Origin: the human T2T-CHM13v2.0 reference genome, Homo sapiens
Length of the DNA: 64,000 bases
Strand: one strand, 5' to 3'
Assembly: GCF_009914755.1 (NCBI RefSeq)
Contig: NC_060926.1
Position numbers and translations under genes: made by a program. Numbering within the stretch: the stretch's first letter is position 1; each line of letters opens with the position of its first letter. A model generated the notes under the pieces. That model saw only the letters and a list, made by a program, of their open reading frames with translations. It ran no database searches and had not been told where the DNA came from. Positions 54,575 through 64,000 of the stretch are shown piece by piece.

Positions 54575-55055
54575 CCTGCGTTTGAGGATTACTTTCAGCT
54601 GTAAAAGAAATCCAGCCACAATGGCTTCACCAAATAGAGGTTTGTGTTGCTCACATACCAAGAAGTCCCAGGTAGTCCATCCACGGCTGGTGAAACTGCT
54701 CTCAGAAGTCATAGAGGACTCAGGTGGTGCCTTCCTCCACCACCACAGGGCTCTTATCCTCAGCCCATGGCTTCCCGCCTCAGTGTCAAGTTGGCTGAAG
54801 CAGCTCCAAGTACCAGGTCCGTTACTCCAGGTCAGAAAAGGAGCCGCCTTTTAAAAGCATCCCAGGAAGCCCCACCCAGAGACTTCTGCTTCCGTGCCAT
54901 TGGTCAAACTAAGGTCATGTGGCTGCACCTATCTGTAGGGTGTCTGAGGTGGTAAGGTTTTTGCGTGGACACTGTTGCAGCCTCAAACAGAATTAGAATT
55001 CTGATAGTATGAGTGGAGGGGGGAGATACTGAATTAAGCAAATAACTGGTGTATC
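54575..55055 (-). mobile_element. MaLR MLT1-type LTR
   Basis: CCCAGGAAGCCCCACCCAGAGACTTCTGCTT...CATTGGTCAAACTAAGGTCATGTGGC. Confidence 0.55.
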
Positions 55056-55954
55056 ATCCCTAATTCCTTAGGCCCAGCTCCCACTCCCTTCCTGAGCTGC
55101 TGAGCCAGAAAGCCTTGATGGGGTTGAAACCATCAGATGGAGCACAGCCGTAGCCAATCTGGGCCGGGCCACTGCTGCACTCTGCTTTAAGGAAGAGTAC
55201 TGCATACCACAGCAGGGAGGTCATGGTTTTCCCTGGCCACACGCCTGGAGCCACTCTGCCTTCATCCTCCTGACCTCTGCCTGAAGCCCATGACCTGACA
55301 CAATCAGGGCAGCAGACTGGGAAGGGCACTCCTCTCTGTGCTGGGTGCCCTCAGCAGAGCTGCAAGGGGAGGCAAGTTGGACTCCAGAGCCCCTTCCCTT
55401 CCTGATCCCAGATCCCACAGAGCAGAGCCCAGAGACAGTCAGGGGACTGTGATCATCCTATGGACACCAAGCTGCTAAAGTCTATGTATAAGAGATTGCA
55501 CTCATTGCAAAGGACCACTAAGCTTCAGCCCAAATAATGAAGCACTAATAGTAAAGTTTCAGGCAGGCTTAGGGAGAGAAAGATGGGAAAATCTCTCCTG
55601 TTCCCTAAATGGAATATTGTAGGCTGCCCTCCTGAGCCCAAGGACAGGACTACAGTTGGAGAGACTCGGGGGCAGGAGGGTTAAGCCTTGATTCCAAAGG
55701 CCACTTTCCTGCCATGTCTATTTCTAGTCCCAAGTTAGCAGATGACTTGTAAGTAAGCAAGTCAGTTAAGTTTTCTAGGCTTCATTTGGGCGACCTCTAA
55801 ATTATCTAGACTCTAACTCAGAAAAAAGAAGGACCAAAGTCTAGAGATTGTTCGAGAAATTCTGATTTAATTGATCTGAGATGACATCCAGAGATGATTT
55901 GTTAGCCTTACAAGTGCCCCAGTTGATTCTAATAAGCAATCAGGGTTGAAAGAC

Positions 55955-56115
55955 CTAAATCCTTGCTCTTCAATGTGTGATCTGTGGATCAGCAGCATCG
56001 GCGTCTTAGAAATGCAGCATCCCAGACCCTGCCCCAGACCCACTGAAGCAGATGTGGTTTGACAGTACCCACCAGCCCCCAGCAATTCATATGCATCTTA
56101 AAGTCTGGGAAGCCT
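55955..56115. mobile_element. MER5A-like DNA transposon
   Basis: CAGCAGCATCGGC...TTAGAAATGCAG...CCCAGACCC...AAAGTCTGGGAAGC. Confidence 0.7.
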
Positions 56116-56159
56116 GTTATAGGTGATGAGACTCAATGCAATCTGTCCTGGTCTGTCCT

Positions 56160-56554
<395 letters not shown>

Positions 56555-58492
56555 TTAACCTCTGCCGCAGGCTAGGGGTGGCAGGAGCTTACTGTGCCAC
56601 ATCAGGAAGCTGAGCCTGTGGCAGCATATCTGCCCCTCCTCCCTTTCACCAGTTCATGCTCTGGGCTTCTGGGGAACCAAATGATTTCACCCTGCAGGCC
56701 AGGGCTGAGCAGAAAGTTCCAGAATGCCCTCAGGCCTGTGTCTGCTTCTGTCCCTTTTTTGATCTGACTCCCACGTGTAGCTTTGGGGAAATCTTGCTAA
56801 TATACGTTCATTCATTATTTAAAGGTTGCTGCTGTTCTTCAGGAAGGTTAAGCATGATTAAAAGATGGGATTTTTCCACAGGGCACAGCAGAAAAGCTAG
56901 GGCTCCCACATTTTTAAGCTGTTTTGGCCAAGCCTTGTTGCATAATTCAAAGTCTGTGATTTACTTAGATTTAATTAGCCAAAGGAGCAGCAGCTGCAGG
57001 TTCATTAGTTAGTATTTATTAAGCGCCCTCAGAGGGCTTTTTAGGCTCTTAAGAGTGAAGTGGAGGATGGGTTTCGGACTTGCAAATTTCTTACACTTAA
57101 GTAGGAGGGGATTACAGATAGCTTCAGGAGGTAGGCATTTTTGTTCCTCAAAGAGAGCAAAGGGGTGGCATCAAAAGGCCTGAGCTCGTGGGGCAAATCC
57201 TACAAAGGGCCACGAGTCAGAGAGATGTCAGTCCCTCACAGGGTTATAGTGACAATTAGTGAGATAACAAGGTGGAGGCTGGTGGTGAATAAGAAGCTAC
57301 ACAGATGAGAGGTATCAGCCAGAGCAGGGAAGGGAAGTGACTGCTAACCTGAATTTCAAGAACTGGGAGAGGTGGGGAGGTCCGGCTCCTGAATTTGTGG
57401 GCCCAGTGCAAGAGGACAATGCAGTGTCCCATCATGAATTCCACGACGGTGACAGCAGAGCATTAAGCCATGTGGAGAGCCCCCACTGAGAGCAGGGCCC
57501 TGTGCCACTGCCCTGGCGGTGGATGACGGAGACCCCAGGGTTAAGGGGCTTTTGTGGTGCCTCTCAAATCTCACCCAGAGAGTGACTATCCTTGGCCTGT
57601 ACTCCATCAACAGGAGGGAGGGAGGGAGCAGGCTCTGTGCATTTTGCAGGGGCAGGGACCGTTGGAGCAGGCCATTGGAGGAAGGAGTCTGGTGGCCCCA
57701 GGGCAAGTGGCCCCTGCATGCCTTCCAGCTCTGGGCGCAGAGTCTGCCTGCAGAGGCGCCTCTTCACAAGCAGGTCACGCTCTAGGCTTCCAGCTGCTAA
57801 TCACAGGGGCTCTCCAGCTTGGGTGCATTTCCTCCCTCTGCTCCTGGCTTCCGCCCCAGTCCCATTCAGCTGATCATTCTCCGCTGGGCTAGAAAATCCA
57901 AAAATAGAAGAAAGCTACACTTTTTACCCCCTTGAGCCTCTTGTATCAAATGACACAGTCACTTTGCCTCAAACTTTTCATCAAAGCAGCCTTTGTAAGG
58001 TCCTGGGGCAGAAAGCAGGCCTTGGAAGACAGCCACCAGGAAGCCATGCAGAAAGTGCTGAGCAGGGGGACCCTTGGTGGAGGAGGTGGGGAGGGCAGGG
58101 TTTCAGGAGCTTCCCTCTGCCCCAGAAAGAGCCAGTGACAGACACTTGCTACCATGGGGCAGCTCTTCTCTGAGCACCAGCTCTAGCTTCAGGTCTTGGA
58201 AGTGCAAGAGCAGCAAATAGTGTGGCTGCACAGACCACCCATTGCCAGGGTTCAACAACCAGACCACAGAGCTCAATCAGTGATTAAGGAGCAATGATTG
58301 ATCAATCAAATAAACAGAAGGAGTGTAAGAGACGATCTGAGAAAGGCTCTGTGAGCTAAAGCATTCTGTGACGGCTTCTTGAAAAGGAAGCTCACCCTTG
58401 CCGAATACCTAGGATGTATTGTACCCTGTCCAACACTCTCATGTCATCTATTTTATCCCATAGCCCTCCATGAAGGAGCACTGGTACGCACT

Positions 58493-59007
58493 AGATTAAT
58501 CTGCCCAGGCTGCTCTAACAAAATACCACAAACTGGGTGGCTTCAGCAACAGATGCTCATTTGTCCACAGTTCTGGAAGTTGAAAGTCCAAGATCAAGGT
58601 GTTGGCAGGTTTGGTTTCCTCTGAGGCCTCTCTCGGCTTGCAGATGGCTGCTGCCTTCTCACTGCATCCCCACGTGGTCTTCCTCTCTGTGTGCATCCCT
58701 GGTGTCTCTCTGAATGTCCAAATTTCCTCTTCCAAGGACACCAGTCAGATTGGATTAAGCCCTCATTTTAACGCCATGACTTCTTTTTTTGATTTCAATA
58801 GTTTTTGGGGTACAGGTGGTTTTTGATTACATGGATAAGTTCTATAGTGGTGATCTCTGAGATTTTGGTGCACCCATCACCCGAGCAGTGTACACTGTAC
58901 CCAGTATGTAGTCTAAAGCCCCTATCTCCAGATGAGGTCACATTCTGAGGTTTCGGGGGTTAGGACTTCAACACTTGAATTTTGAGGGGAGATAATTCAG
59001 CCCATGA
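58493..59007 (-). mobile_element. MaLR MLT1 LTR interrupted by an L1PB-like 3' fragment (~58780-58913)
   Basis: MLT1 reverse motifs on both sides of TTTTTGGGGTACAGGTGGTTTTTG...GGTGCACCCATCACCCGAGCAGTGTACACTGTACCC. Confidence 0.75.
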
Positions 59008-59329
59008 CGCCCACTTTGCTGATGAGAAATCAGACTCCGAGAGGTTCAGGAATTGCCCAAGCTTGCTCAGCCAGGAGGTACCAGAGACCAAGTGTGGCAA
59101 GGAGCTGAAAGATGATTGGAAGAAAACAAAGAACCGTGCTGCGTCTCATTCATTTAGGTTTGTGAACAAAGGTTCCGAGCTGGTTTGATAACATGGGAAG
59201 AGAACTGCTACTCCATTTCAGATGGCATTGTGTGGCCCCCTGTATATCTCTCTAGATATGTGTAGCTGGGGTAGTGGCTCCAGAGTTTTTCTGCTTATGA
59301 ATCTACCCTTTTATTCTAACTGTTCCCGT

Positions 59330-59432
59330 GTTTCTTTTTTGTTTGTTTTGTTCTGTTTTTTTGAGACAGGGTCTCGCTCTGTCACCGGTGCTGGAGTGCA
59401 ATGGCGCAATCTCGGCTCACTGCAGCCTTGCC
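59330..59432 (-). mobile_element. 5'-truncated Alu (3' end only)
   Basis: T-rich tail, then GAGACAGGGTCTCGCTCTGTCACC...CTCACTGCAGCC. Confidence 0.85.
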
Positions 59433-60031
59433 CTCCTGTGTTCCCACACTTCCCTCACCAAGCGCTAAGGAGGAAAATGTCTTTGAGAGGGGACAGATGT
59501 AAGGCCTCACTCACTGGCCCACCTGACCCACACACCTGCCATTTCATGAGTGGCAGCAGATCTATACTCAAAGGCCTCGGTAACTCCCTCTGGATCCCAC
59601 CCCATGTCCTCTCCTAGGTCCCCTAAGACGGGAGAGTCAGTCTGTAACTGGCAGCCTGGGGTCTTCCCTCTTCAATCTGCTATGCCTGGCTCTTTTTCTG
59701 AAGACCAGGTTGGTATGTCCACTCTGAGACAGGAGTAGGTATAAGAAAGAAGAGGGAGGTGGTTGGGTAAGAGAGAAACCCTATACAGTTCACTCAGGCT
59801 GACTTTCACTTCTGAGCAATCTCCATAGCCTCACATACACAAAGCCCATAATATTTGAGCTAGCCTGAGTGGGTTCCAAGAAAACAATGATTGGAAGACT
59901 CTGGAAGCACAGTAGTTGGTAGAAAGCTCACCTGCTCTCAGGTATCAGGCCAACTTCAAAAGAACTCCAGATGACTGCCCTTAAGCAAACTCTATGCACT
60001 GTGGGAGAATCCTTGTTCTCAAAACAGATCA

Positions 60032-60353
<322 letters not shown>

Positions 60354-61764
60354 TTAGGGCCAGGGTCAGAAGCTCAGATGCCAGGAGGGCCCAGGTGGGC
60401 CAGATAAAAGTGGGAAGCTGGCCAGGCATAGCTGACTGGAAAGGAAGAAGCCGTAAAGCAGGAAGCCTCTACTCCTTTTTCCCTCCTTCCCATCTTCACC
60501 ATGTGGAGATACATGCCCCATGTCCAACTCAAGGGCAGCCAGAAATCCAGACTTTTATGTGATACCTGCTGATTTTTAAATGTTGGTTCAATTTTCTTTA
60601 GCCACTATACAGACCTAACAAAAGTCCACGGGGCCAACAGCTCACAATCTCTGAACTCGAAGTGTTATTTCCTTTATGATAAAGACTCTGTTTCACTCAG
60701 AGACACGCTGGGGGATTTCGTTAAACAGAAGACACTCCTAGTACAAAAATAGAATGTGATTCACTCTCTAACAATGTTTAAGCACAGAAGCCGCAGTAAG
60801 GGATGCTTCTTCCCTTCACAAATTGCCTCACCTTGAGGTGTTTCAAGAGACAGATCTCTTAATGCATTTCAAATCAGGTTAGAGTGGCAAAAATCTAATT
60901 TTCATACAACTTCTTGAAGAAAGATGGCAATTTCACTAAAGCCTGGATCAAGATTAAGGAAGGCATGAAACAGAAGCCTGGGAGCAGGAAAATGAGGCGG
61001 GAGAGGGTGGCGGGGTGGAGGGTGAAAAGAAGGTGAAGCTGCATGCCCAGGCTCAGTGTTTGCAAAGAGGCTGGCAACCGCGGTGTGAAGCCAGTCAGAC
61101 AAAGAGCAGTGGGGCCTGGGGACCCGAGTGAGCAGAGAGGGGAGGAGAAGGAGGGAGCATCATTGGTTTCCATGGTGACAAAGGAACAGGGATGGGAAGA
61201 AAGAGTGAGGGGGATGTCAGAGAAGAGCTATGTTGTGCTGCTGCCTATAACAAAGTCTTCTTTACCCGGACACCCTTGTCTATGATTTCTTGGCCCCTCT
61301 GATACTTCCCCCATCCTGATTCTCTGCTCATTCCTGGCATGAATAAATTACTATGAAATTAAGGACATTTAGATCCTAAACATGGATGTGATGGATGAAT
61401 GGGTACCTACTTACTGAGCCTCTGTCTCCAAAAGGCCTCTTGGATTCAAAATATTTTCTCCAACGTGCTTCCGTAAAGCCCATGATTCCACCATTAGGGC
61501 AACATTGCTTATACTAAGGCTTTGTTCGTGTTCAATGATAAACCCTCATTAAGAGGGGGAATATCTGGGCTATCAATTTCTAGGGTCTCATAAGGAATTG
61601 ATTTATCATATGTAACGACATGTATGTAACGATAAGTATTTAACGGGATCCCGGCTTCAGCCTAAGAATGTCCACTACTAGGGCTCAGGCCTACCTAGAT
61701 ATGCATGATAAACTGGTGGGGCAGACCCTAGACAGGACAGTTCATAGGATGGTTCCAGTAACAT

Positions 61765-62305
61765 CTGCTGCGTGTGTCCGGCATTTATTTCCCCTTGATT
61801 TTCTTTTGGGCCACTCCCTCTTCCTCAATCTTAGTCCATGAGGTTCAGGTTAACTGACGTCTAGTCAAGGGGTAGGCCCAGGACCCAGATCTGGCCAACC
61901 AGGGTATTCCATCTTCTGGCCAAAATGACTGGTTAATATGTGGACACATGACCCAAGCCTGACCAATGAGTTTCAAACCTGGATGTTTTGCCGAAACTCT
62001 TGGAAAGATGAGCTCTTATTCCATTGGCTACTAAGCTGGTAGACTATGTGTCCAGAGATGCTGTTGGTCATCTTGTTCCACTTGGGGAAAGCCTACCTGA
62101 GAATAAAATCGATATGGAGAAAAGCAGAGCCAAGATATGGGAAGACAGATGGAGAAGGAGGGAGAGAGAAAGTGATTTCTTGATGACATGATTTGGGTCC
62201 CTGGATCCACCTGAGATAAGAGCTATCCCTAGACCTTTCAGCTTCCATTTTTGCTGTTAACTGATTTGAATTGGGTTTCTCTCACTCACAACCAAGAATT
62301 CTGAA
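61765..62305 (+). mobile_element. MaLR MLT1-type LTR
   Basis: CACATGACCCAAGCCTGACCAATGAG...TTTGAATTGGGTTTCTCTCACTCACAACCAAGA. Confidence 0.65.
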
Positions 62306-62689
62306 TCCTGCAAGGGCTTTCTCGTTATATGACTTGGCACCTCAGCTCAGCAACAGCTAACATAGGAGATACCATGGCATCTGTGCCCAGCCTGTTCTAT
62401 AAAGAAAGATGTATTCATGAACCTAACCAAGGGAGTCTGAGGGAGATGTAGAGAAGCAGAGCCATTGGAACATATGTAAGCACGTGTGCCCGTCTTCAGG
62501 GAAGGGAGCCATTTCCCCACTTCTTGAGAGAAAACAGCCCTCCTCTAGCACCACGAAGGGCTTGATGATGGTGCCAAAGGAAGTGGCAGCAGGGCCTGGC
62601 TGAGAGGGGATGCCCAGCGGGAAACTCCACAGACACAGCATATGCTGTGCGCTGCCAACATACAGAGCACTGCGCTCGCAGGATGGTCC

Positions 62690-63137
62690 ATGAAAGGTCT
62701 GGAAGCAGCCCAGGTGTCAATCAACCAGTGGGTAGGTAAATAAAATGTGGGATATCCATACAATATTTGGCAATAAAAAGGGATGAATTACTGATTCCTG
62801 CTATAACATGGATGAGCCTTGAATATATTATGCTAAGAAGCTAGTCACAAAGAGCCACATGTATGATTTCATTTACATGGAATGTCCAGAATAGGCAAGT
62901 CTGTAGACAGAAAGTAGATTCATGGTTGCCTAGGGCTCGAGGAACAGAGGGATTTGGCAGTGACAACTAAAAGGTACAGGGTTTCTTTTGGGGTAAAGAG
63001 ATGTTCCAAAATTGATTGTGCTAGTGGTTGGTTGTTCAGCTCTATGAACACAGTAAAAACCACTGAAGAATCAGTACTTTAGAGGGTGAATTGCATGGTA
63101 CGTGAATTATCTCAATAAAATTGTTACCAAAAAAAAA
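62690..63137 (+). mobile_element. Old L1 (L1MB/ME-like) 3' end
   Basis: ACATGGATGAGCCTTGAATATATTATGCTAAG...GGTTGCCTAGGG...TTATCTCAATAAA plus A tail. Confidence 0.8.
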
Positions 63138-63409
63138 CAAGGTTCTTGAGATACCTGCCCAGTTTGTGTGTGATGGGGGTGAGGGTCGGGGATTGGCCTC
63201 CAGAAGGCAAGGGCATATCACATAGCTGCTGTCACTCTGGGAGGCAGTACTGCCCTCAGACCTGGACAAGAGGGACCTTGCTCTGGGCATGCACTTTAAG
63301 AGGCCTCTACTCTGGCTCTCCTCCAGCCTGACTCTTCTCTGTGGGGTAAGGAGTCTCCAGGACCCAGTGGCTGTCTCCACCCATGCTCACACCTCCTTCC
63401 TCTTTCCTA

Positions 63410-63825
<416 letters not shown>

Positions 63826-64000
63826 TCAGGCTCCCCAAAGATTAAGGCAGAGCTCAGTGTGACAGGAGGAGGGCAGGCCATGGGCTATGAGCTGCAGGCT
63901 CCGGGGTCAGCGATGGGGAAGGCCTGCAGCCAGCTCTCCCCACAACCACAATGTTTCAGCATGGCTATCTCAGGACAATGAGATTCTAATTCAAACTTGA

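Noticed and set aside
54396-54955. 152-aa and 103-aa ORFs
   Set aside because: Span L2 and MaLR LTR remnants; chance ORFs.

Overview
This is primate, very likely human, genomic DNA dominated by interspersed repeats: Alu/FLAM, a full-length 6 kb L1PA with target-site duplication (TSD), older L1M, L2, MIR, CR1-like, MaLR/ERVL LTRs, MER DNA transposons and a 7SL retropseudogene. It holds one protein-coding gene, TMEM247 (+ strand, three coding exons at 46604-46720, 47423-47821 and 51301-51480). That places the window in the EPAS1-TMEM247 interval of human 2p21, by recall of the protein sequence rather than a database search. Most interesting observations: (1) TMEM247 has no genomic stop where the known protein ends (TCA-TAC), but an ATTAAA signal inside the CDS could let polyadenylation itself complete a UAA stop. 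(2) Exon 2 has three copies of a 39-bp coding repeat, where I recall two in the reference protein. (3) A ~99% identical 266-bp inverted copy of nearby DNA sits in the linker of an older Alu, and two smaller local templated insertions lie in other transposons. (4) The L1's antisense promoter/ORF0 points at TMEM247, and its 5'UTR appears to have lost the ZNF93-binding segment. (5) There is a possible, very decayed Gypsy-gag-like relic. Repeat subfamily names and most repeat boundaries were judged by eye and are approximate.
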